A DNA stretch of 63,992 bases, the filler included, from a bacterium (GTDB lineage: Bacteria > JBBIVP01): the NCBI GenBank assembly GCA_037439705.1. It is 8 parts of 8 records of this genome, joined end to end, with 100 filler letters (N's around TTAATTAATTAA, not from the genome) between each part and the next. Parts side by side here need not be neighbours in the genome. Positions count along the whole stretch, not along the records: positions 33,605 to 41,821 come from JBBIVP010000094.1; positions 41,922 to 50,048 come from JBBIVP010000095.1; positions 50,149 to 58,236 come from JBBIVP010000096.1; 5 more parts are not named here. One strand, given 5' to 3'. Position 1 is the stretch's first letter. Every line of letters begins with the position of its first letter. The notes beneath the pieces were generated by a model. That model saw only the letters and a program-made list of their open reading frames with translations, was not told the origin of the DNA and did no database searches. Of this stretch, positions 41,527 through 50,859 are shown piece after piece. Both the position numbers and the translations under genes were made by a program.

Positions 41527-41821
41527 ATGGAAATTGAGAGATTGATATGGCTTATACCAGTTTTTCCTCTCTTAGGGTTTGTGATTAACAGATTTCTGGG
41601 TGGAAAAATTAAAGATAAAGGAGTTAGCATCGTTGGCGTTAGTGTCATTGGAATTTCCTTCCTACTTTCAGTTATTACAGCCATTGATTTTATTTCTAAA
41701 GGAAGGGAAAGCATAGGTGTTAAACTCTTCGGATGGATTGTTTTAAATGAATTTTCTGTAGATATGGGTTTTCTCATAGACCCTCTTTCCCTTGTTATGA
41801 TACTTATTGTTACCTTTGATG
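41527..41821 (+). CDS. nuoL: Complex I subunit L, N-terminal fragment
   Basis: LIPVFPLLG...DPLSLVM; follows nuoK; cut by the contig end. Confidence 0.88.
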
Positions 41822-41921
41822 NNNNNNNNNNNNNNNNNNNNNNNNNNNNNNNNNNNNNNNNNNNNTTAATTAATTAANNNNNNNNNNNNNNNNNNNNNNN
41901 NNNNNNNNNNNNNNNNNNNNN
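41822..41921. other. Artificial contig linker
   Basis: N-TTAATTAATTAA-N. Confidence 0.97.
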
Positions 41922-41923
41922 GA

Positions 41924-43109
41924 ATGAGGAGGACTGTTTTATTTTTATTACTTCTCCCATTCTTTTCTTATGCCTTTGAAGTTGGAGATTGCTCATACGG
42001 AGGATTTGTTTATGGATTCACAGCAAGGAATTATGTTATAACAGGAGATGCATTGCCTCCTCAAATTGACCCAACTGTTTCTAATGAAAAGTCTCCATAC
42101 ACAGGGGTTCTTCCTGACCTTTATCTACCCAATCCTAAAAAATACGACCCTGTGGATGCTGATAACAAATTTGCCATAAAATACCTTGGAGTTTTTTATG
42201 GAAAGGGAGCAATAAGGTTATATTCCTATGTTGACGATGGGATAACCGCTCAGGTTGATGAAATTCCTGTTCTACTTACAGATAATAATGGTTCTTGCTG
42301 GAATCCAAACCCTTCTTCAAGATATTGTTCTGGTTCATTTGAGGTAAATGAGGGGCTTCACCTTCTAACCATAAAATACTTTGAAAATTTAGATGACGCT
42401 GTCATTAAGGCTGGTTGGGATTACCCTGATCCACAAGCAATAATCATTCCATTTCCAAAAGAAAGATTTCTTTCTCAGGGATTAATGGTTGAGTATTACT
42501 CAGGAGAATTCGCTTCAAAGAAGTTTATAAAGGACGGAGAGGAATACGAATGTGCTGATGAAGTGGTGGAAGTTCCCTCAAAAGGCTGGGGACCAAAACC
42601 TCCATGCTCGGGAGTGCGATTTAAATATGATGACTGGAGTTCGCGTTGGACAGGTTATCTTCTCGTAGAAAAGGACGGAAATTACAAGATATGTTCAAAG
42701 AGCGATGAAAAGGCAAGGGTTTATGTTGATGATATACTCATATGATATACTCATAATAGATGCATGGGATGCCCATTCCTTGAGAGAGGATTGTAATTAT
42801 AAAGACTGCTCAAAGAGCGTTTATCTCAAGGCTGGAGGACATTCTCTTCACCTACAGCATTACGATGCAACTGGAGACGCCTTTTTCTTAGTCGGGTGGG
42901 GAAATTCCTGCGATGGAAATGTTAATACATTTGAGTTAATTCCATCAAAGTTTCTTGTCCTTATGGGTAAAAAATGTAAGGAACCTCCTAAGCCGTTTTC
43001 AAAAAGGATTATAGAAAGTATAGGGTGTAATATTACAAAGAACGGTTTTTATGGTGCAATTTTTCTTTTACCTATGTTTTATTTGATTTTAAGGAGGAGG
43101 TGGACTTGA
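41924..43109 (+). pseudogene. Exported tandem-PA14 protein with MYXO-CTERM-like tail, frameshifted by a 13-bp duplication
   Basis: Signal peptide; VDDG and SDE..RVYVD PA14 motifs; GC-hydrophobic-RRR tail; removing one ATGATATACTCAT copy fuses the 273-aa and 134-aa ORFs. Confidence 0.78.
42729..42754 (+). repeat. Perfect 13-bp tandem duplication (ATGATATACTCAT)x2
   Basis: Read directly from the sequence. Confidence 0.95.
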
Positions 43110-44274
43110 GAAGGATTTTATTTATCATTTTAACCTTTTTTATAACTTCTTACGCTTATTCATATCCATACATTTATGGAAGGTGCACTTATTCAGGAAC
43201 CATGCGGGACTGGCAGATGGAATACTACACAATTGAGGTTCCAGGAAAAACCTGTGAAATGGCATCGGAGTCAGAGGTGGAAAATTTTTCAAACTGGAAG
43301 TACAGAAATAAATGACAAGCTCTTCAAATATCTCTTTTAATTGGGGGGATTCCTCTCCAGATGAACTTGGAATCATTCAGAGGGACTGCTTCGGAATAAT
43401 TGCAAGCACCTTCCTTTACCTTGAGAACCCTTCCACATATACCTTCTGTTCAGATTCGGATGATGGAACCATCCTTTACATAGATGGAAGCGCATATAAC
43501 TTTAAAGATTTGTCCGGGGATAGCTGGAGGATAAAGGGGAGCGGAGGATGCAGGACAGACCCTATCTCTCTATCAGCAGGTTATCACTACATTGAGGTAA
43601 AATATTACGAATACACATTGGATGCGAGGTTTATGCTCGGAGCAAAGGAGGGGAGCGCCCCAGATTGCAGAGGTGCATATCCATTGAGTTTTACAAATAT
43701 AGTGCTTCCTGGAGTAAGAGCGGAATACTACTCGGATGCTCTGCCAGGTGGTTATAACATATTTGTAGGAGAAAGATGGGAGGATAACATTGACCATCAA
43801 TGGGGTGAAAATGCACCCGATGTAGATGGACTATCTCCAAACTACTTCTCAACAAGGTTTGCTACATACCTTCTTATAAGGAATCCTGGAACATACAAAT
43901 TGTGCTTTCAATATGATGATGCTATAAGAATATGGTTCAATGGAAGCATGATTTATGAAGACTGGAATACCGGCCAGTTGAAGGAGTATTCCTTTCCTCC
44001 TCTTGTCTTGATTTCGGGACTACATGAACTTGTAGTTGAACACTTTGAAGCGGATGGAAATGCCACATTGAGGGTGGGCTTCGGAAATAATTGCGATGGA
44101 AATGTAAATACCTTTACTCCGGTCCCTGAAGATATGTTTGCTTACATAAAACTTTTCTGCCTTAAAACCCCTGAAGAGGGATGTTCCACAACCGGTGGAT
44201 GGGCTGGAATTCCCGCTCTTCTTTTAGGAATTTTTCTTTTCCTTTTGAGAAGGAAATATATAATTTTTAAATAA
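43100..44274 (+). pseudogene. Second exported tandem-PA14 protein with MYXO-CTERM-like tail, split by a 1-nt frameshift near 43310
   Basis: The 71-aa ORF carries the signal peptide. The 320-aa ORF carries SDDG/YDDA PA14 motifs and EEGCSTTGG-hydrophobic-RRK. Adding one A at AAATAAATG fuses them. Confidence 0.72.
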
Positions 44275-45298
44275 GGGATTTATAGACCTCTATATAACTC
44301 TTTACCATTTTATCCACATTATGATGCTCAAGGACATATCTATAAGCCTTTTCTTTAAGTTCATTTCTTAAATGCTCATCTTCCAGGAGTTTCAAGATTC
44401 CTTTTGCAATAGAAATATAATCCTTAACAGGGCACAGAATTCCCCTTCCCTGAACTATTTCCTTTAGACCACCAGCATCAGTGCTGACAACAGGAATTTT
44501 TCTTAAAAAGGCATCAAGAATGCTGTTGCACAACCCTTCTCTCAAAGATGTGATAACAAACAGGTCAAATTTTTTAAAGAATGAAAACAGGTCTTCACGA
44601 AATCCCATCATCTTATACATTTCAGAAATTCCGAGTTTCTTGAGTTCCTNNNNNNNNNNCACAAACTCAATCCGTTGCAGTGATTTCATTTAATGTAAAA
44701 AATGAACATCCTTTCTTTTTTCAAGGACAATTTTTGCAGCCTTTATGATGGTCCATGGGTCTTTTGATGGAACGAGGGAGGCCACTGTTCCAACTATTTT
44801 CCCCTCTGGAAGTTGAACGGGTTTTTCATCACCTTCTTCCATTTCAACTGAGGAGTATATGACAGAAGCAGGACATCCTGTTTTGATTTCTATTTCCTCT
44901 TTTATTGAAGAACAAACCGCTATTATTCTTTCTGTTTTTTTGTATTTCCATAATGTGAAAAAATTTTCCTTTAAAGGGGTATCCGTTCTCCTCGTATGAA
45001 CAAGGGGAATCTTCGTCCAGAGCTTTGCAAAGACTGCTGTATCCTGATCCATCCCCGTGTTTGTATGAACGACATCATATTTTCCTTTTGCCCTCATGAG
45101 ATAAGAAAATGCTTCCAATCTATTATTAACCCCGAACACGCTTAATCCATGAGCAGATGCCTTTTTGTAAAGGGGTGAATCCTTTCTGCACAAAAGAAAA
45201 GCAGAAACTCCCATTTTGTTCAACCCTTTTAAAATCAAGAAGGTTTGCCTTTCCCCTCCACCCCATCCCTTCATGGTATTTACAAGAAGTATTCTCAT
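44267..45298 (-). CDS. Glycosyltransferase family 4, interrupted by an assembly gap
   Basis: N-part has WGGGERQ and VHTRR; C-part has EGLCNSILDA and DAGGLKE; 10 N at 44650-44659. Confidence 0.8.
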
Positions 45299-45310
45299 TA
45301 AAAATTTTTT

Positions 45311-45928
45311 TTAGTGATGATGTCCTGTAAACAGAAGAAATAACCCGAGAAAAACAATTATTATTCCTGAAATCAATTTTCCGTATCTGTCAAGAAATCC
45401 CCATTTGAGACCAATGAGTCCTTTGAGAACAAACCCGACAACCAATGGAGGAACAAACAGGGTTGGAATGGAGAGTGAAACCGCTGCGAGATAGAATTCC
45501 TTAATGGATGAAGCAATGGCAAGAAAAGTGGGGGCTATGAAAAGGCAGGGATGCATTCCAATTGCTATAGTCAGATAAACACCTTCAGCGGTACCATTAT
45601 GCTTATGAGAGTGGATTTTTTCTGCCCATTTTTCAGGAAGGAGATAGTATATGCCGAAAAGAATCAACAGAAATATGGCGAGCCCTTCAACAATTTCTCC
45701 AACTTTTAGAGCGGGTTTTACTCCAAAGAAAACAAGAAAACCTATGAGGAGAGAACTTCCAACATGTATGGTCATTGAAAGAAAGGTAAAAAGAGAAGTT
45801 TTGAAGGGATGCCAGTTTCTCACCCTTCCCGTTAATACAAATGGAAGCCAGTGTTCGGGCATAAGAGAGTGGATTATTGATACTGTAATGGCTGAAAGAA
45901 CAAAAATCGTTTCTTTCACTCCTTCCAA
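45311..45928 (-). CDS. Membrane protein, NicO/UreH/RcnA-like metal transporter family
   Basis: HSLMPEHWLP, HSHKH loop, HPC motif, His-rich tail. Confidence 0.6.
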   Translation of the reverse strand: MEGVKETIFVLSAITVSIIHSLMPEHWLPFVLTGRVRNWHPFKTSLFTFLSMTIHVGSSLLIGFLVFFGVKPALKVGEIVEGLAIFLLILFGIYYLLPEKWAEKIHSHKHNGTAEGVYLTIAIGMHPCLFIAPTFLAIASSIKEFYLAAVSLSIPTLFVPPLVVGFVLKGLIGLKWGFLDRYGKLISGIIIVFLGLFLLFTGHHH

Positions 45929-46458
45929 TTGTAAACCACCTCAAGAAAGTTTTTGATAATTTTTGCAGTTGCACCCCATATATTTATATCCTTTATGGTG
46001 AAAAAATAAACAGGGTATGGCTCTCCGAGAAAATTCCCTCTTATCTCTTTCCGGAAGTTTTCCTTTCTCAATAAATCTTCAATTCTTACAAAAAGAATTT
46101 CTTCTATCTCATCCCTGCTCAGGACAAATTTCCTCGGATAATCAATAAATCCGACAAATGGTTTTATCCTGTAATAGGTAAGGGTAAAGATCTCATCAAG
46201 TTCACCAAGAATTTCTATATCGTTCTTATTCACGCCGATCTCTTCGTAAATCTCCCTTAAAGCAGTTTCAATCAAGGATTCATCATCCTTAACTGTGCCA
46301 CCGGGAAAACTTATCTGCTTCTGATGGTCTTTTACCCTGTCTGTCCTCAATGTCAAAAGTATATGTGGAATTCCATTATCAAGAAAAAGTGGCATGATTA
46401 CAGCAGACCTTTTAAATTCTTCCTTTCCTGAAAGGTTTTTACATCTTTGAGCTCTCAA
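45916..46458 (-). CDS. CoA pyrophosphatase (Nudix)
   Basis: LLTLR...H..QISFPGG, ALRE..EEIG Nudix box, IWGATA. Confidence 0.92.
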   Translation of the reverse strand: MRAQRCKNLSGKEEFKRSAVIMPLFLDNGIPHILLTLRTDRVKDHQKQISFPGGTVKDDESLIETALREIYEEIGVNKNDIEILGELDEIFTLTYYRIKPFVGFIDYPRKFVLSRDEIEEILFVRIEDLLRKENFRKEIRGNFLGEPYPVYFFTIKDINIWGATAKIIKNFLEVVYNWKE

Positions 46459-46496
46459 TTTTTCTGAAACGAACTTTACAAACTAATCCTAGAGCA

Positions 46497-46946
46497 TTAT
46501 ATTTTTAATAACTTTTTGGGAATTCTTATCCCAAGCGCAGCAATGGTTTTTAATGCCTTTTTTCCACCCAGTAAAACCATCTTTACATATCCCTTCCTCG
46601 CTGCATCAAGCATTGTGGTTAAAAGGTTAAACTTTATCCATCTTGTAGGAGTTGGATTGAGCATACATTCTGAAAGTCTCTCCACATAGTCTTCTATCTT
46701 CTCTGATTTCAAAGAAAGAAGGTAATCAATAGCATCTTTGCTGAACTTGAAATAAACCTCCGGTTTTTCGGGTTTTCCTTCAATTATCTGACTCCTTCCA
46801 CCCTTTTTTATGAGTGTGTAGGGCTGGGGGTCTCCCTCAATCTCAACCCAGGCAACCGCTCCCTCTTTAAGAGGTTCCACCACCTTTCTCGTTATTTCAT
46901 TTACCTCAAAAAATTCCTGAATTTTCTTTGCATATTCTCCGAGCAT
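46497..46946 (-). CDS. Hypothetical protein, probable SCP2-like fold
   Basis: WVEIEG...YTL....GRSQIIEG.PEKPEVYFKF..DA...LL pattern; same position as the SCP2 gene in contig 4. Confidence 0.55.
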   Translation of the reverse strand: MLGEYAKKIQEFFEVNEITRKVVEPLKEGAVAWVEIEGDPQPYTLIKKGGRSQIIEGKPEKPEVYFKFSKDAIDYLLSLKSEKIEDYVERLSECMLNPTPTRWIKFNLLTTMLDAARKGYVKMVLLGGKKALKTIAALGIRIPKKLLKI

Positions 46947-46958
46947 TTTCCTTCTCCT

Positions 46959-47993
46959 TTATATTTCATATATATCAAACACCCTTATTTTTTCTTTTTC
47001 AAGATTAAACCTGCAAAGGGGGCAGGCTACAACTATATCCTTATTTATTTTTCTTATTTCATCTCTCATCCTTTTTCTCAAAAATTTTTTAAGTTCCTCA
47101 TTGCTTCCCCAGTTTCCTCCGCAACAGACTGCATTCTTTCTGTTAAGTTCCATCTCATAAACCTTTAGTCCCCTCTCTTTTAAAACCTCCCTTGGAAGTT
47201 CATACTGTCCGAGAAATCTTCCGAGCTTGCAGGAATCGTGATATACAAACTCTCCTTCTTTAGGTGAAAAATCCTTCAGAAGCTCAATTGCAGATTTGAG
47301 TTCTAAATCAATTCCATTTTCATCACAATAGGTTTTCACAGCCCAGAAGCAGTGTGGATCCATAAAATAAACACTCTTATTTTTGAACCTTTCAATGAGT
47401 TTGGAAACCCTTTCCTCAAACTCTTTTTTTGCTCCTATCTCAAGAAAGGGTGCTCCACAGCATCCATCCATTATGATTCCAGGAGATAATCCCTTTCTTT
47501 TCAATTCATCAATGAACTTTTCAAGCGTTGATGGATAGAGATATAGATAGGAACATCCTGGAAATATATGAGCATCTCCATCTTCTTTAAATTTTGATTT
47601 AATCTTCTTTCCCCATGGATTTCCACTCTTCTCAAAATTTTTTAGAATCTTTTTCATCTCTTCTGTTCTTCTTCCAGATTCATAAAAGGTTTCCTTCAGA
47701 TCCCTTATAGCTTCTTTTATGGGCAAAGATGAAGGACAGCTCAAAACGCAGGCATGACAGTTCATACAGGTGTATATCACATCGCCCATTTCTTCTCCAT
47801 TTACCGAAATCTTTCCTTCTATCAAACCTTGAGCTGTGTATAGCTTTCCACATCCTGAAAATGTGATAAATCCCCTGTAAAGGAAGGCTGGACATATTGT
47901 CTCTGAAGGCTGGCTTTCAGGATGGATACAACTTCTGCATTTGTTGCAGGTATAAAGGTATGGCAAATAATCAATATCTCTTGAAAGTGCCAT
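46959..47993 (-). CDS. Fe-S oxidoreductase with CCG domains (GlcF/HdrD-like)
   Basis: CNKCRSC, CMNCHAC...CP, CCG, YHDSCKLGR, CCGG, CPLC. Confidence 0.88.
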   Translation of the reverse strand: MALSRDIDYLPYLYTCNKCRSCIHPESQPSETICPAFLYRGFITFSGCGKLYTAQGLIEGKISVNGEEMGDVIYTCMNCHACVLSCPSSLPIKEAIRDLKETFYESGRRTEEMKKILKNFEKSGNPWGKKIKSKFKEDGDAHIFPGCSYLYLYPSTLEKFIDELKRKGLSPGIIMDGCCGAPFLEIGAKKEFEERVSKLIERFKNKSVYFMDPHCFWAVKTYCDENGIDLELKSAIELLKDFSPKEGEFVYHDSCKLGRFLGQYELPREVLKERGLKVYEMELNRKNAVCCGGNWGSNEELKKFLRKRMRDEIRKINKDIVVACPLCRFNLEKEKIRVFDIYEI

Positions 47994-49526
47994 TTATTTC
48001 ATCAAAAGCTTTTTTCCAAAAATCATAAGAGAATATCCTGGATTCATTATGTTCAAAGGGTCTATTGCTTTTTTTATCTTCAAAAGAACCTCTCCATACT
48101 TTCCTGTCATCTCAAGGGTCTCACCAAAGTTTGTTTCAAAAGGAGGTCTTATTGGCACTCCTCCGTATTTCTTCATAGCTATCTCCATATACCTCTTTCT
48201 TACCCTCATTGCCCTTTCCCTCTCCTTCTTTGAAGATTCAGCCACAATAAAAGGTGTCATCCTCAAGAATACACATCTCGTCTGGTCAACGGAATGGCTG
48301 TAGTATGCAAGTCCTACCTTAAGAGGACTTTTTCTCAAAAACCTCAATCCCCATTCCTCAAGGTCAGAAACCCTTACGGGGTCTGTAAAGGTTATTCCCA
48401 TCATAGGAAATCCCTCACCGTAGGCTCCCATGAAGGTATTTGTTGGGATGTGAAGGGCGTAGTGGTCATAGAAAAATTTGTATGCTCCAGGAAATTTTTC
48501 TTTTATGTAATCAGTACACACAAATCCACCGCATTCTTTGGCAATCCTTTCAAATGCTCTTTCGTGGGCGGCTATGTCTTCCCTTTCTCCGCTCATTGAT
48601 GGAACAACCACATTATAAGGTCTATCGTCAGGAGGAGACCATGGGTCATAAACAAGAACCTCTGATGGTGCTCCGTGCCCATATCTTTCAAGATGGTCTA
48701 TTATTGTGTAAAGGCACCAGTGCCATACACATACATGCTGACAGAGATTTGCCCTTGTCAATCTCTTCATAAATTCCACTGACTTTCTGTATGAATCAAA
48801 ACCTGCAAGAGGCATTATCGGATAATTCAGGTTGTAAATCCTGACTGCTCCCTTTGTTACTATCCCGAGGGTTCCGTGGGAATTTATAAAAAGGGAAGTT
48901 ATGTCAGGAAAAGAATTGGTATAAGAGTGCCATGTCATATTCTTTATTGAATGAGAAAATGCCATTGACCCTGTTCTCATAATCTCCCCATCAGGAAGAA
49001 CCACCTCAATTCCAAGAATGTCATGAAGTATACCGCTTGAACGATGAGAATTTACCGCAACCTGTAAATAATTTCCAATAACCGAAATTGATGGTGGGAA
49101 TGAACCAACAGTACACCTCGTCCCCTTTTCCCTCAATCTCATTGCAAAATCGCCTATGCGGACACCGGGCTCAAGAACTGCATATCCCCTTTCTACATCT
49201 ATCTCCATGATTCTATCCATCTTCATAAGGTCAAGAACAATTCCCCCAAAAAACGGGTATATTCCAGCTTCCTGTGTAGCAGATGCTGACGGAGTAATTG
49301 GAAGTTTGTATTGAACTGCCAGTTTCACAATTTTTTGAATTTCTTCTACCGAGGGCGGAAGAACTACAAAATCAGGCATATATTTTGGATAAACCATCCC
49401 TGTTCCAGAATAGGAATACACGCTTTCAGGAGTTGAAAGGACATTTTTCTCACCCACTATATTTTGAAGTGCCCTTTTTATCCTCTCCTTTTTTTCTTTC
49501 GTAAGTTTTATCCTTTTGCTAATCAT
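47994..49526 (-). CDS. FAD-binding oxidoreductase (VAO/PCMH family)
   Basis: LEPGV, GIEVVLPDG, GTLGIVTKG, DPLNIMNPG. Confidence 0.88.
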   Translation of the reverse strand: MISKRIKLTKEKKERIKRALQNIVGEKNVLSTPESVYSYSGTGMVYPKYMPDFVVLPPSVEEIQKIVKLAVQYKLPITPSASATQEAGIYPFFGGIVLDLMKMDRIMEIDVERGYAVLEPGVRIGDFAMRLREKGTRCTVGSFPPSISVIGNYLQVAVNSHRSSGILHDILGIEVVLPDGEIMRTGSMAFSHSIKNMTWHSYTNSFPDITSLFINSHGTLGIVTKGAVRIYNLNYPIMPLAGFDSYRKSVEFMKRLTRANLCQHVCVWHWCLYTIIDHLERYGHGAPSEVLVYDPWSPPDDRPYNVVVPSMSGEREDIAAHERAFERIAKECGGFVCTDYIKEKFPGAYKFFYDHYALHIPTNTFMGAYGEGFPMMGITFTDPVRVSDLEEWGLRFLRKSPLKVGLAYYSHSVDQTRCVFLRMTPFIVAESSKKERERAMRVRKRYMEIAMKKYGGVPIRPPFETNFGETLEMTGKYGEVLLKIKKAIDPLNIMNPGYSLMIFGKKLLMK

Positions 49527-49972
49527 TTAATCTCCGGTCCCGTTATAATGAGTGATATTTTGAGGTCTATTTCTTCTCTGTCTTCTGGTCCATCAAGAGA
49601 AAGTGAAAATGTTAAATATCTTCCCTCTTCAAGATAGGGAAACAGGTCTGTCTGGGAAAATAAAAAAACGCCTTTTTGGTAAGAAGCAATTTTTAAGTAG
49701 CTATCACTTCTGACCACGCTTAAATCAGCGGACTCCCAAGAAATCTCATCCTCAAAAGCAATGCTTTCCACTTCAATTCTTTTTATCTCTTCTATCTTTT
49801 TTATCTCATCATTTGAAAAAAGGTCAATTTGGGAATAAAAATTTTTTCCCTCTTCACTTTTTACGAACCTCGAAATGAATTCCTCCCTTATATGTTTAAC
49901 ATCGTTATTTACCATACCGCATCCAAATAATGGAAAGATAAAAATAAAGATTTTAAATAACCCTTTCATCAT
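49523..49972 (-). CDS. Hypothetical lipoprotein
   Basis: Lipobox LFGC after a hydrophobic stretch; stop overlaps the next gene's start. Confidence 0.6.
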   Translation of the reverse strand: MMKGLFKIFIFIFPLFGCGMVNNDVKHIREEFISRFVKSEEGKNFYSQIDLFSNDEIKKIEEIKRIEVESIAFEDEISWESADLSVVRSDSYLKIASYQKGVFLFSQTDLFPYLEEGRYLTFSLSLDGPEDREEIDLKISLIITGPEIK

Positions 49973-49977
49973 TCTAA

Positions 49978-50048
49978 CGTCCCCGACGGGATTTGAACCC
50001 GTGTTCTCGGCTCGAAAGGCCCGTGTCCTTGACCGAACTAGACGACGG
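49978..50048 (-). tRNA. tRNA-Glu(TTC), about 4 nt missing at the 5' end (contig edge)
   Basis: GTCTAG...GGAC D arm, loop CTTTCGA, T arm ACGGG-TTCAAAT-CCCGT, 3' acceptor strand CGGGGAC. Confidence 0.85.
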
Positions 50049-50148
50049 NNNNNNNNNNNNNNNNNNNNNNNNNNNNNNNNNNNNNNNNNNNNTTAATTAA
50101 TTAANNNNNNNNNNNNNNNNNNNNNNNNNNNNNNNNNNNNNNNNNNNN
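50049..50148. other. Artificial contig linker
   Basis: N-TTAATTAATTAA-N. Confidence 0.97.
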
Positions 50149-50778
50149 ACCATCACCACGAACCGCATCGTTATATCCAAAAGGATATGGAATGAGGGCG
50201 AGTAAACTCAAAATTAACTCGCGAGGAACTCCAAAAGATTCTGCAAAAGATTCTATCAGCTCTTCAGGCATATCCCTTAAATTCTGGAAATACACAATAA
50301 AATGCCTGCTGAACAAATCCTGATGCATATCAAGAAGAACATATATGTTATACTCATTTGCCTTTTCAACGATTTTAGCAATGTAATCAAGATATTCTTC
50401 ATCAAATCTATCAGGACTCTCCGGCTGAATTCCCTCCCACATCAGAACAAGTCTTATGAGATTAAAACCCAACTCCTTCAATTGTCTCATATGTTTATCA
50501 ATCTCATCCGGTGGAAAAAGTTTACCAACATAATCAGGAATCTCTTTCAGATTGAATAAACATTTTTCCCCATATAAAAAGCAAGGGTCTTCATTTCTTG
50601 GAAATTTGCCACAGTTTCCAACATTTATTCCATTTAAAAAAACATACCTTCCATATTCGTCCTTTAAATAATTCAGATAAGTATGAACCCTCGGAAGTCC
50701 TCTTTTTTCAAAATTCATTTTCTTTGAACAAGAAAAGGTTAGAAGGAAAACCATTAAAATGCCAGGAAAAAATCTCAT
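50149..50778 (-). CDS. GH5 endoglycoceramidase-like lipoprotein, truncated
   Basis: Lipobox TFSC; DEYGRYVFLNGINV, GFNLIRL...WEGI.P, LLDMHQD.FSR, GDG. Confidence 0.82.
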
Positions 50779-50784
50779 ATTTTT

Positions 50785-50812
50785 ATGATAAAATCCCTTT
50801 TTTAATTGTCAA
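50785..50812 (-). promoter_or_regulatory. Sigma70-type promoter, probably leaderless
   Basis: TTGACA-16-TATCAT, 6 nt before ATG 50778. Confidence 0.55.
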
Positions 50813-50859
50813 ACAAAATTGGAATTTGTTTTTTCTTTTAATTCTGGTAAAATTTCATT

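Noticed and set aside
44650-44692. Apparent split of the GT4 gene into two ORFs, with an odd 33-nt segment
   Set aside because: The break coincides with a 10-N scaffold gap and is most likely an assembly artefact
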